From Catajapyx aquilonaris (taxonomy: Eukaryota): 64,000 nucleotides of DNA. Position numbers and translations under genes: made by a program. The stretch covers positions 1-64,000 of the forward strand of contig JYFJ02001980.1 in assembly GCA_000934665.2 (NCBI GenBank), written 5' to 3'. Each line of letters begins with the position of its first letter. Within the stretch, counting starts at the first letter, position 1. This document shows positions 11,966 through 38,972 of this stretch, piece by piece. The notes beneath the pieces are model-generated. The model did not search any database and was not told where the DNA came from. It saw only the letters and a program-made list of their open reading frames with translations.

Positions 11966-12112
11966 AGTATTATGGGACTCAAATGGTTTTTGCCACTTTA
12001 TCCTGGTCTTGAAGCAACCCTTCGCACAGGCCCCACGTTGAGCAGGTGTGTGTGTGAAGGGTTGCTTCAATATCAGGACAAAGTGGCCAAAACAATTTGA
12101 GCCCCATAGTAC
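11966..12112. mobile_element. Palindromic MITE
   Basis: ~60-bp inverted arms TATGGGACTCAAATGGTTTTTGCCACTTTATCCTG...GAAGCAACCCTTC versus GAAGGGTTGCTTC...CAGGACAAAGTGGCCAAAACAATTTGAGCCCCATA. Confidence 0.7.
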
Positions 12113-13197
12113 AGTACATGCAGATGGTTGTACAGTAGCCTACTGTTGTCACAATTATGATGTGCCCAGGTGGCCAAACGGCCATGTAAGCACCTCCATA
12201 TTACCTTCAACCTTGTCTTTCCTTGCCCAATCTTGTGAATACTATTTTACCAGCCCAGTGCATGACGGATCCCACCCAAGGTTTCCTGGGAAGGGGAAAG
12301 GTGGTGGAACGAGTGAGCCTCCAAGCTGAGTTGGTCGAAATGGAATAAGGACCGCCCGGTCCTAACCTGGAAAAGAGGAAGGACCAGTCCGTGTTCTGCA
12401 GCCTGTACCTGTACATCGTGACCCTGCGTCGACAGGGAAGATGGAGGACCACCCAGAAGTACGAATTACCGAAGGCCAGTAAGGAGAAGGAGAGTCGCCT
12501 ACACTCGTCGGATATATCGACGTGCCCAGCTGTGTGACCAGAAGGCGGACAGTTGTGGAGGTGACCTGGCCAGAGAGAACATCGTGAAGAAGACAGACAG
12601 ACTGAAGCAAGCAGATGATCCAGGAGGAAGGTGCGTGCCAGACCAATACTGCAGGAGTTCAACACAAGTTGATTTATCATGCTTACAAATCATCAATATG
12701 TAGCTATTTTTGAATGAAAATATCTCCTACATCAACGGGAAATTAAGAAAAATGAATTTGATAGACTTTTACATTTAACATTTGTTTGTAGTTGAAGATG
12801 AACCGGAATTACCATCTACAATCTAGAACTGACCTCTATGCAACATTCAAGTTTGTTTTGATTGTAAAAATATTATACACTATACCGGCATATCTGATCC
12901 TACTGATATTAACATGCACATTATTGATTTTAGACCAGTTACAGGAAAAGTTATCCCATAAAAAGAAGAGCACTGATAAGATCGAGCTCTGCATCATTCT
13001 GAGAAACATCAATCTGCCTTGAGAAGAAAAATGATTTCAAGTAAAGGTCAGGTAGGATGTGGCTACTGTATTCGACGACCTTTTTTTGCTCATTACCTGT
13101 TTTGTAAACAGAATGGAAGTTATGTCCACTCTGATACCCAATCCCTCTCTGACTCTTCTACAGGGTGTCTCTAAAGTCAGGATACAATTATTGTATA

Positions 13198-13638
13198 CGG
13201 TAGACTGTAGGCTACTTCCGATTATCCGGGCTAATGACTGCATGGGTATTGCCGGATAATCGGAAAACACGGATAATCGGATAATGGTCCTAGATATCGT
13301 AAAAAAGGAGCTATTCATAGGTTTTTTTAATGCACTACTGTATATAGAGAGTATGATGCTTGGTTGAATCAAAATAATAAAACTTACCATAGATTTTTTA
13401 CTTTGTCTTCTAGAAAAAGGGTTAAATTTCTTCTTTGGCGAGACATATTGACAGTGGGTGGAATTTTCGTCCCACTGCTAGTTACTGCTAACTTAGCAGT
13501 ACCGGTGTTGGCACTGGTAATGGTAAGTTAGCAGTATCTAGCTCTATCTAGCAGGATCTAGTATCTATTCGACACATTTTTTTGACGTTAATTTTAAACT
13601 TTATTTTTTGGCGCACCCGGATAATCGGGAGTACAGTG
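13198..13638. mobile_element. pogo/Tigger-like MITE
   Basis: Inverted ACTTCCGATTATCCGGG / CCCGGATAATCGGGAGT ends, internal CGGATAATCGG subrepeats, TA flanks. Confidence 0.6.
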
Positions 13639-14164
13639 TATGTGATGTTTCTTGGACATGAGGAGATGATATGGTATGAGTCCTATCTACCCCTGTTATG
13701 ATTTGGGACAATAACACATTATCGGGTCAGGTTTCTTGCTCCAGTAGTTGCGACCATGTAGTCCTGCAGGGTGGGTAGGGTGGGTAGAAATTTAAGTACG
13801 GTACCGCAAGTGAATCAATATGCATGGTTAAATGTTCATGCAGAAGAAAATATATAACACGTGATATACAATACCACTTATCTATCATCCAATTCACCAT
13901 TGCTTGGGTTTCGAAACAGGTGGCCAATAAGTCAACCCCCGCACCTACGCTTAGCTTCCAGTACTGCTGTACTTCTTTATTTTTTGTTATTCCAATAAAG
14001 GTGAGCCAGACATCTGGTTTATAAATGGTAAGACGTCACATAATGCAAATGCCACAAAGATTTTTTTATTGTGAAATGCACTGCATATTGTATAGTTTAT
14101 TATATTCAAAATGTTGCTAGTTAGAAGGCCTCTTGTTTCTACAATATTTTTTATAGTTACCAAT

Positions 14165-14375
14165 TTTATGGACAATTGGATTAGACGTTCCGGAAACGTA
14201 TGCACCCACGGAAGGGTCCCGGGTTCGATCCCAAGCCCGGGTCCTCCCCCCGTTCATCTAGTGCGCAGTTAGGCCATGTCCGGGTGGGATGAACCTTAGA
14301 CTAACCACTCATGGGCAAAAAAGCACAAAATCACCCAGACCGACATGGCACCTGCCAAATTCTCGTCTATAGAAG
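14165..14375 (+). mobile_element. Degenerate tRNA-derived SINE fragment
   Basis: B box GGGTTCGATCC at 14221-14231 within a GC-richer island; the A box is poorly preserved. Confidence 0.35.
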
Positions 14376-15997
14376 ATAATACGTATATCCAGCATTTTAG
14401 GTAGACCTATCATTACATAAAGCAAGGAAGCAATGCGCCACATTTACATAGTAATTTTCAAATATTAGACAATACATGTATAGTATCTTAATCACATAAT
14501 TGACTTATGCAACAACCGCGCGTTCAAGTCACTTTGTAAAAGTTTGCTGCAAAAAACGTAAATCGACATTTTTTATTGATATTTAGTTACTTTTACGTAA
14601 TTATAATTTGTGATTATAATAATAACATACACTTATCGAGTATATGATTTTTAAATGTATTTCAGTCCGGAACATACTCTTGCTAATTACCACATACTGC
14701 TAGGTAGTGACTATTTTTAACTCCCCTCGCATACAACTCACATTTCCCGAGTATCAATCTATAGGTACAGGGTGAATCAAAACTGCAGGTCATCCAGCCG
14801 CCAGTGGTATTGGCTTAAAACAAGTCTAAAATATAGGAGTGAGCGAGAAACTACTAGAGTCGTAAATGCGATTACCGAAACTCATGCTTTATAGGCTACT
14901 TTCCAGGACTGATAAGACGCAATACCAGTGGCCGCCTTTGGGCACCCAAACTTTTAACGTCATCTGTGTCGTTACCAGTTGGTGTTGCGATATTTCCGAA
15001 CATTTCTTGCCCCTACATTTTAGACTTGTTTTGAGCCCACCAGTAGCATACCGTATCTTAAGTTCTGACTCAACAAGTTGTCTAACTTTACGCGCGCACT
15101 TTAAATCGAGTAACAACCTCTCTGAATTTCCCCCTTAACATTTGCCTACCTTCTAGTTATTTTGTTGTTATCATCGCTGTCATCGGGTGGGGTCATCTTG
15201 TCGTTGCACTGACAGGAAGGACTCCCACACCAGTTTATTCTGCAATGAGTGATGCCTACGTCGCCTAGAAACAGAAGAGAGCTGATCCGGAGGAAACGGG
15301 GGACATCATCATGTTGCAATTCAGACATGCGCATTTCGCAAGCGCGGAGTCGCACCAATATGATTTTGATAGCGCATTATGTTGACTTTGAACCTTATGA
15401 AACAATACACTGCAGCAGCTGGCTACCAAGAGGGTGAATAACAGGGAAAATAACCCAGCGTATAGGCAATGACGCGACGGATCTCGGATATATGAGATGA
15501 ACTTCCTATGCTGGGTTATTAGTCTTATCAAAGGTTGGATTTGAATAACCCTGGTGACAAATGTGTAAGAGGATATTTCACGTATGACGAAAAGATAATA
15601 TTCTTTTTTCCGCTTCCCATCTGCACTAGTTACGCGTATTATCCAGTTTCACAATTACATAATGCAATATTAATTTGCGCTCCTTCAGTTAAATGTCGAA
15701 TAATCATTCCGGCGGTTTTAAGTTCGACTCTCAGGGCCGATAATTTTGATCGTGCTCATGTGATGTTTACCTTGGCCCATCTAGGACAATAATTACAATG
15801 GGAACGTCCACAGACTCTTCCTTTCTTTTATTTCTTCCATTTTCTTGGCCAATTCGCCTCAAGATCTGTGTTTCATCGGCATGTCCCACTAATCTAAACC
15901 AAGCAATTTAGCCTTTTCTGCATATGGCATATTATTTGATTTGATTCCTACTTTATACCGCACAATAGTGCAGGAGAAAAAAAAGTGACATTTTATA

Positions 15998-16429
15998 CAG
16001 GGTGTATCATTCTGAACTCAGTGCCCCGACGTATATGACTGCCTTCCTAGCCACCAGAGGATCAACTTATGTAGAGGAGTCATTATGTTTGGCCGCCGCA
16101 TTACGGAGATAATTGGCCGCAAACGTGTAGTACAAAATATCCTGTCGGTTAGGCCACCCATCGAACCCTCCCCCAGTCAGAAGGCTCTGGAAGGTCTGGG
16201 GGCGGGACTTTGTTGGTTTGTTGCCCACAGGTGGTAAGGCCTCTTTGGCTAGTTACACCAGAAAATTCTATTTAAAAGTCAGAAGGAGCGATTAGGCAAA
16301 AATCGCTAAAGAGTGTATCTCATCAGTAATGAGGCTGCCCAGACATAATGACTTCTCTACATAAGTTGATCCTCTGGTGGCTAGGAAGGCAGTCATATAC
16401 GTCGGGGCACTGAGTTCAGATACACCCTG
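15998..16429. mobile_element. mariner-like MITE with ~105-bp TIRs
   Basis: TA-CAGGGTGTATC...GATACACCCTG-TA termini with long near-perfect inverted arms. Confidence 0.85.
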
Positions 16430-16841
16430 TATACTCGCAGAGTCAGGAAGTAATTACATTTTTCATTTCCAGAATAGAAATATAATATTAAAGAAGTCTC
16501 CTGGTTTAGAATCTAATCTTACTGCTGTCCCAATTAATGTGTGCCTCGTTGGCTATAGACTATAGGAGTGAGAAAATGTGGAGGGAACAACGGGTAAATG
16601 AGGTAAACGACCAGGATCGTTTGCCTCATATACTGTAGACACAGGCGACAAGCCATATTGGAGCCAGAGAGGCAGCCCATCAAGTGCATTTGCAGTGGTT
16701 ACCTAGGGAGCAGGATACGAGCATGATAATAATAATTATACAGTATTACGGTGTAAGAACGGAAAAATGATTGTACGCGTACAGTACTGATATGTTGCGG
16801 TATGGAAAAGGTCAATTTGTGAACATTATGTGAACACACCA

Positions 16842-16934
<93 letters not shown>

Positions 16935-16940
16935 ATTATT
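16842..16940. repeat. Compound microsatellite (ATT)n(GTT)n
   Basis: Direct reading of the sequence. Confidence 0.95.
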
Positions 16941-17339
16941 AACCCTGGTAGGCCAGTTGACCTTACAGGGGAATACCCTCCTGTTCCTATCTTATACTAC
17001 CGGTACTGCATTATTAGCATTGTTGTATATTGATGGAGGTATGAGGAGCCATGTGATGCGACCGTTTCCTTTCTTTCAATGTCCAGGCATGGCCGGAAAT
17101 GCTCACATAACCATGCCCTCAACAGTAGACGTTACATCATACTTGACCTTTAGGGTCAAGCCAAGGATGGAGAGTTTTCAATGTCCTTTTTCCAAGTAGG
17201 AGTATAATTTATGACCGAGGTTCCATTTTCCTGAGAGGAAAATAAGTGGTACGGAGTTCAGTATACCGATAGGTGAAAATTAATTACAGTGTGGGCCATA
17301 TTCCTTTGTAAATCTCGGCATTATTTATCACGTCAACAT

Positions 17340-17498
17340 TAATTTGTAGATTTTCAGAGTGGGAGGAAACGGAAAAGCCCCACTAAAATTTATCTAAAAT
17401 CCTAATTCATGAAAAAAAAAAATCCCTTCCTTGTCGGGTATCGAACTCTGATTCCCAGCAGCGAGAGGCTCTAGCCTTAACCACTATACCAACATGCC
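17340..17498 (-). mobile_element. tRNA-derived SINE head plus a degenerate central domain
   Basis: Minus strand A box TGGTATAGTGG, B box GAGTTCGATAC and TTTTCCGTTTCCTCCCAC motif shared with the 8.3-kb SINE. Confidence 0.6.
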
Positions 17499-18109
17499 TA
17501 TATATATATCCTAAATCGCTTGCAAAGCATTTGCAAAATAATTTTTTTGCTGATATTGATAATAATGAAGCAGAAAAACAAAGTCACTTACTTTACGGAG
17601 CCCTATATACTGATAGTAATATTTGCTTTTTATTGTGATTTAATTATTTTAAAAATATTTAGTCCAATGTGACATGTATTATTTTCATCAATATTTAAAT
17701 GATAATTGTTGTATGCTTATTAGTTATAAAGTCAATACAATTAAGTGAGCCACGTAGCAAAAAGCTACAAGGCAGTGTTACAGTGTGTGTCACATATTTA
17801 AAACGTGCTTGAAAAGCTCATGTGACATTTTACATGCCATTTTAACTCATTTGAATATGCACGAAAATGTAGGTCCGAGAGAGCAATATTAAGTAGCAGT
17901 CTTTTTCATTACCTATAGGAAAACGTATTGTAATGTCACGGTCAATAATGTCCATAGAGGCATGGCGCAATAATGTACAGTAGTTATAAATGTGCAGCAT
18001 AGTGTTGGCAGAATTTGACTGCATTTGAGACTCACAATCTGAAAGTTACGCCTCACGCAATACACTGCAAACGCCCATTGGAATTGTGGGTAATCTCCCA
18101 ATCGGTCCA

Positions 18110-18164
18110 GATAAAAAGCGGCTCCGGAGCTCTATTAGCCTTCTATTTCAGTACTCGCGTGAGT
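18110..18164 (+). promoter_or_regulatory. Candidate peroxidase core promoter and first non-coding exon
   Basis: TATA-like GATAAAAAG at 18110, arthropod Inr-like TCAGT at 18148, donor GTGAGT at 18159, acceptor TTTTAG at 18246, then CCACCATGG. Confidence 0.3.
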
Positions 18165-18253
18165 CGTGTGTACACGTCGGATTTGTGGCTTGATTTCTTT
18201 TTTCGTTAATATTAATACCATATTATATTAACGCTTAAAATTTTAGGTCCACC

Positions 18254-21200
18254 ATGGTACCCGTTGGACTGCTCGTACTGTTATGGTGTTGGAATGCCGT
18301 GCCTTCGCCAGCTGAGAATCCGTACTCCCACGTAGGACTGGTGGGAGGACCACGGTACAAATCGCAGTCTGTCGACGTGTATGACATATCTGGCAGAGGA
18401 GCAGCGACGAAGATGTTGTTCTACAAGAAGATTGCCAAACCGTGTGTGACTCCCCACAAAGACAACGGTATATGCCAGCCACTGGTTAAATGTGCCTCAT
18501 ATTATCTCGGATTCAACGCCTTCGAAGCCATCCAGTACTCGAACTGCGATGATGTGTACGGCGTGAAGACTTTTTGCTGTCCGGAAGTAACGACCAGCCT
18601 GGGTACGTACATGGTTTATGTAATTGTGATCAAATTTTAACTGCTGGTTTTCCAGCTAAGGGGGTTTCTATAATTCCGGAGCAAGAGAAGACTGAAGGAG
18701 ACATCGCCATACCAGTACCAGAGCTGTACAATGCGGTTATGTACTCCAGGGAAGCTATGAAGAAACATACTGAATTTGAGCGGTACCTGCAAAGTCAAGG
18801 ATACACAATGGGGCAGGACTCGTTGTACTGGGCAGCTTCCAGGCTGACCACTCGTTACAGTCCAATTTGCTACAGAGGAATGCCTGCAATGCAACTATTG
18901 GAAGCGACAGACTATATTAAGAAAAGGTAAGAATGTGAACGCACATAATTACGTAAATGCTAATATTTTGTCAATTTAGGTACAGGGTTTCATCTCATGA
19001 CGTAACCTGGAAGCTTCACACGCCTGTTCCGGATTCAATGATGCCCAATTGTACGGAATCTGTTCAATGTTACGAGAGCAAATACAGGCCTATTGATGGA
19101 TCATGCAACAACATGAAAAATCCTACATGGGGCAGAAGCTTTACGTCATTGGACCGCATTATTCCACCAAGCTACTCGGATGGTACGGTACCTTTTTAAA
19201 TGTGGATTGCTAAATATTACACTAGTAATTTTTAGGAATCTGGGGCCCAAGAAAATGCAACGATTTGACTGATCTGCCAAACCCCCGCCTTCTCCGTACA
19301 TTTCTCTTGCCGGTTGCTGACAAGCCCTTCCAAGGTGCCAGTATGTACGTCATGAATTGGGGACAGTTCATCTCGCATGACTTGAGCCATGTGCCTAACT
19401 ACCAGTACCCAAATGGCGTTGGGATAGATTGTTGCCACTCATCTGGAGGTAGACTGGCTCCACAGGAGTTGCATCCTCAATGCTACCCTATTTATGTAGA
19501 TGGTAATGATATGATGTACGGAAAATTTGGACGTCGTTGCCTGAGCATAACAAGAGCTGTAGTTGCGCCTAAGGAAGACTGCAAGTTGGGCTATGCGGAA
19601 CAAGTAAGTGCGAAAAATGCGATTTGGCTGATTAAGTTTAATTTAAATTTAAATTTTTAGATGAACCAAGTGACGCACTGGTTGGATTTGTCAAGTGTTT
19701 ACGGATCGACCTTGGCAGTAGCAAATGATCTACGCACATTTGAAGGCGGTAGGCTTAAATGCTCAATGATTGATGGTGAGGAAATGCCACCTGTTAACCC
19801 AGGACACGAGGACTGCCCAAATGCGACAAGAAATTACTGCTTCAAAGCTGGTTTGTTTTTGACTGCTGGTATAAATGCTCTTGTCTAAAATGCTTTTAAT
19901 TTTAGGTGACATCCGTAGCAATCAACAGCCTGGTTTGGTTGTTTTGCACGCGGTAATGCTACGCTTCCACAACCAGCTTGTCAACGAGTTGTCAAACATC
20001 AACAAACATTGGGACGACGAAACTTTGTACCAGGAAGCTCGCAAGATTATAGTGGCAGTTTATCAGCACGTCACCTACAACGAATACCTGCCGCTTCTTT
20101 TGGGTATGGTTCATTTTACTTCATATAAGTCGCAAATTTCACCCTTACCTTTTGCAGGCTATGAATTTATGCGTGGTCATGGTTCCATTCCCTTGACATC
20201 TGGTCACTCGGATGATTATGATGAGGAAGAGCAGCCTATGATCCTGAACGAATTTGCAGCAGCGTCTTACCGCATGGGACACTCGTTGGTTTGGGGCAAG
20301 CTGAAACTAATATCAGAATATGGGAAGGAAGAGCAATCAATTCCTCTGCGGTATCTTTTCAACAATCCGAAGATATTCCACAGTCGTGGTGTTGTGGACA
20401 AAGTTATTCGGGGCTACCTAACTCACGAGATTAGATTTTACGATCGTCACTTTGACGAGGAGGTATGTGTAATTAGTCCTGGCAATTAACTGCAATTATG
20501 GAGCTTTTTTTCCAGATTTCAAACCATCTCTTCCAAGGGTCAGGCCAGTTCGGATTGGACTTGCCCACAATTAACATCCACAGAGGTCGTGACCATGGCA
20601 TACCAGGTTATAACCACTTCAGGGAATTTTGCAACTTGACCAAAGCCCACTACTTCGATGACTTCTTGGACGTCATGACTCAAGAGGTACATATTGGCAT
20701 GACTTAAGGTTCTTTATTTTAGCTAAAAAATATTTTCAGGATGTTCGTAAGTTGAAGTCTCTCTACAAAACCGTTGATGATGTGGACCTGTTCGTGGGCG
20801 GTTCATTAGAGAAGCTGTTCCCGGACTCCCTGCTGGGCCAGACCTTCTGGTGCATCGTCGGGTATCAGTTCCAGAAGCTGAAGGTGTCGGACCGCTATTT
20901 CTACGACTTGGGAGGACAGCCACACTCCTTCAATAGCCGACAGCTGGAAGAAATTAGAAAGATTTCTCTCTCCCGCCTTATTTGCGACACAACAAGAGTG
21001 ACTCACCTGCAGCCATTGGCCTTTCGAGTCCCCTACAAAAACGCGTACGTTTGGATTACAATGTATGCTTTTGGAAACTAATTTTTTGTCATTTTAGGAA
21101 CCCTATGACAAGCTGCAGTGATAAGCATTTGATTCCTGAAATGAATATCTTCGCTTGGAAGGATACTCCACGGTCCTATGGAAATTATGGAGGACGCACG

Positions 21201-21284
21201 TACCGTAGCATCGATTACTCAACGGCATCTTACGACGATTATTACGAAGATGATTACGTCACCGAAGACTATTCCCAGTACTGA
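18254..21284 (+). CDS. Secreted heme peroxidase (peroxinectin/chorion peroxidase-like, peroxidase-cyclooxygenase superfamily) with an N-terminal clip-like domain
   Basis: Ten in-phase exons: 18254-18602, 18656-18926, 18980-19182, 19236-19603, 19661-19850, 19906-20103, 20158-20462, 20516-20686, 20740-21044, 21098-21284. Signal peptide; YRPIDGSCNN, WGQFISHD, GDIRSNQ, YRMGHS, NIHRGRDHG, DVDLFVGG, DRYFYD motifs; AATAAA at 21303. Confidence 0.95.
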
Positions 21285-21412
21285 CAATTTTGACGTGTGC
21301 CAAATAAATATTTAAAGCATTACTTACAAGCATTTATTTTTCACATACATTTTCAAGCTTTGCAGAAGCCTCAGTTAATAAATAACGCTGAAAATTACTT
21401 GGCAAATGGCCG

Positions 21413-21486
21413 GTTCCTGCCAGGATTTGAACCTGGAACCGTTCTCGAAGTTATCGAGAACGCTCTACCTTTTGAGCCACAAGAAC
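21413..21486 (-). other. tRNA-like cloverleaf (pseudo-tRNA or SINE head)
   Basis: GTTCTTG-TG-GCTC AAAAGGTA GAGC-G-TTCTCG ATAACTT CGAGAA-CGGTT-CCAGG TTCAAAT CCTGG-CAGGAAC: all four stems pair, but the anticodon stem is 6 bp and the loop is non-canonical. Confidence 0.55.
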
Positions 21487-21588
21487 AACCAAAAACCATT
21501 TGACCGCAAGAGTTTCCAGCGTCCCCACCCTCTCCTTCACCCAATCTGCTTTGCAATCACATAATGTAAAGTAATTAGTTGCAGAATT

Positions 21589-36557
<14,969 letters not shown>

Positions 36558-38604
36558 ACACGACACTCATATCACAAGACACAGTCGTACACCACCAATG
36601 GTCAACGTTCCTCATCTTCTAAGGACCACTGTCACCTATGTGTACACGTTTCACTGCGCTCTCCTCAGACACCGGGTTTTGTCTTCCGCTATCACTTTTC
36701 GTGTGTGCCATGCGAGTCTACCGAGCCCCCCAAATGTCCATTGCCCCTCCCCTCACCCACTTCCCCACCCACCATAGTGAGGAGGCTTAGTAGGCCAAGT
36801 GATAGTGTTAGTGTGGTCCGCCTCAGCTTCTCCTTTCCCTTCTTCCTGACCCACATTTTCACCCTCTTCCATTTTTTTCAAGTGTAAGGAGAGACGCACT
36901 TTTTGGGATTACCCTGGGCTGACAGGTTCATTTTGAGGGTAATAAGCAAAGTCCCAAATTTTTCTACTAATTAAATTATTAATTGTACAAATTTTGCCTG
37001 ATAATTGAACCGAATTTATTCACATGGTATCTAAATAATGTACGAGTGTGAAGCATGTGCGGATCTAATCAAACGTCAATATTTACCTAGACCGGCAGCC
37101 CCTTCACCTCACGTAGCATTGGCACAATAACCTCAGTGTAAATGGGCCAGTGTTTTTGACCTGAACTATTTAAAGCGTGTCGTACTGCATGGTGAAGCAC
37201 CAGACCTGGTTTGGTACTCTTTCAGTCCTAGTTTCTGGACCTTTTTAACCTATCGTGTCGAATTGTGAACCGTGCATTGAAGTTACTTCATTTGTTGAGC
37301 AAGCTCTTCATATGTGGTTCAAACCTAATGCCTAATTATGGTGATTAAGTGTGGCGTATACATGAAAATCTGAAATGCAGAACTATCATAGTCACATTTT
37401 GGTCAGAAAGTTATGCGTACTATTTTTTACTATTACTTATTCATAAGTATGATTTCAGTTGTGACGCAATATGAATTTCCCAAATTGTCACCTCCTAGTC
37501 CTTGGCCAACTTGATCGCATAATAGCATTTGAAAATGTAGGGAAACAAATACCCACGCACACGTGTTGGGGACTTCCTGACGAATGCTCGTTTGTTTTCT
37601 TGGAAGGGATCTTGGACCACTTTCACTTGGTTAGATATGCGAACTTGTGTGTTGGGAAAGCCCCACCCGAAATGAAGAACGAGAGGGAGAGGGAGGTCCG
37701 TTAGTAAATAATGCAAGGTGCCTTGATTTCATATTGCGGTCACTAACTCATCATTACTCTTACGGTACAAACGAGCTATTTATAACGGTTTTTTTTCATA
37801 TTTTCTGCTAATTCAGCGGAAGTACGTATAATAGTGAAGTGCATAATGATTGTTTCGTTTTCTTTTTCTTGGGAGAGCTATTGGGTATTTCCCAAACGTG
37901 CCTTTCTAGCTGTGACACGAGATGATCCAGGATGTTGAAAGTGGCCCGTACTACCAAATCTAATCCATTCCTAATCGAGTTCAAAATCTTTCACGGAGTT
38001 TGCCTGTTGTTTTTGCAAGACCATTCATTCACTATACCTGGCCCGGTCTAAACATAACCTTATTGATAGCTACAAATCAAGGTTTGCGACCGCCTGCATA
38101 AAGTACATTTGAAAAGATCCACGTGCACTTGACCTGAATGAATTTCCGAAAATGAGGATATTGGAAATGAGCCAAAAGGAGAAATTAATTTGAGGCCAGA
38201 CTTCTCTATAATGACATGGCTGAATGGATCAAGTGAAAATATTCCTGCAGAATTAGAAAGCGGACGCAGCTCTGGGGGAAATGGGTGGAAAAAATATTCT
38301 GGCCACATTTCAGCACTGCTCTTCTTTTTTACCTTCACATTTCCGACAAGCATTATTTATTACTGCATATCTGACATATCAGGATAACCATGGTGCATGA
38401 TACTGTATAATATCACAGACTCCTCCCGCCCATCGGATAATGCCCCAGAATACCTCCAGTCATCCGTGTGTTGGTGCTGCAAGGACTTGGTGTTTCATTT
38501 CATTAATTACGATAATTAATTTTGATATGCAGCTCTACAGGCCTTGGCCTTTATTATGAAAATTAATTGCTTATAGTGATGCGGTATAATGACAGGGTCA
38601 GTTT

Positions 38605-38718
38605 CCCAAGTAGCACGAATCGCCCTGGAAAATCCCATGGATATCCAGATATCCACTGAATCTCCAATGGATATTTAGATATTCATGGGATTTTCCAGGG
38701 CGATTAGTCCTACTTGGG
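38605..38718. mobile_element. Palindromic MITE, CMC/EnSpm-like
   Basis: CCCAAGTAGCACGAATCGCCCTGGAAAATCCCATG / CATGGGATTTTCCAGGGCGATTAGTCCTACTTGGG with TT on both flanks. Confidence 0.75.
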
Positions 38719-38730
38719 TTATTATACTAA

Positions 38731-38972
38731 CTATAGCTGCGGTACCCGGCGTTGCCCGGGAAGAAATGAATGAAGGGAAAACACCTACCAGTAGCTCCGT
38801 CAAAATTTTCACGCATAGAGAGCCGCCATGACACTTTTAAGAGGGCCGGGTCCGGGTCGGAAGGACTGGAGAGGTTGGAGGTGTAGGAAGTAGACCACAG
38901 ATGGCAGGCAAATGACGTTTGGCGCTACAGGCGGACAGACAGACAGATCACAAACGGCTTTATTTATATAAA
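38731..38972 (-). mobile_element. Non-autonomous Helitron (Lep1-like)
   Basis: Minus strand TATATAAATAAAG start, (TCTG)n, 3' hairpin CCCGGGCAACGCCGGG then GCTATAG. Confidence 0.65.

Noticed and set aside
12200..12680. GC-rich coding-like stretch, possibly a retroelement remnant
   Set aside because: The plus-strand frames are interrupted and no motif could be confidently assigned; BLASTX is needed.
16830..17199. ORFs with poly-Ile/Val/Leu/Asn runs (also at 32.4, 33.2, 57.3, 58.5 and 59.8 kb)
   Set aside because: They are translations of trinucleotide microsatellites.
21413..21486. Functional tRNA-Val(AAC) gene
   Set aside because: The 6-bp anticodon stem, purine at 32 and pyrimidine at 37 are non-canonical; kept only as tRNA-like.
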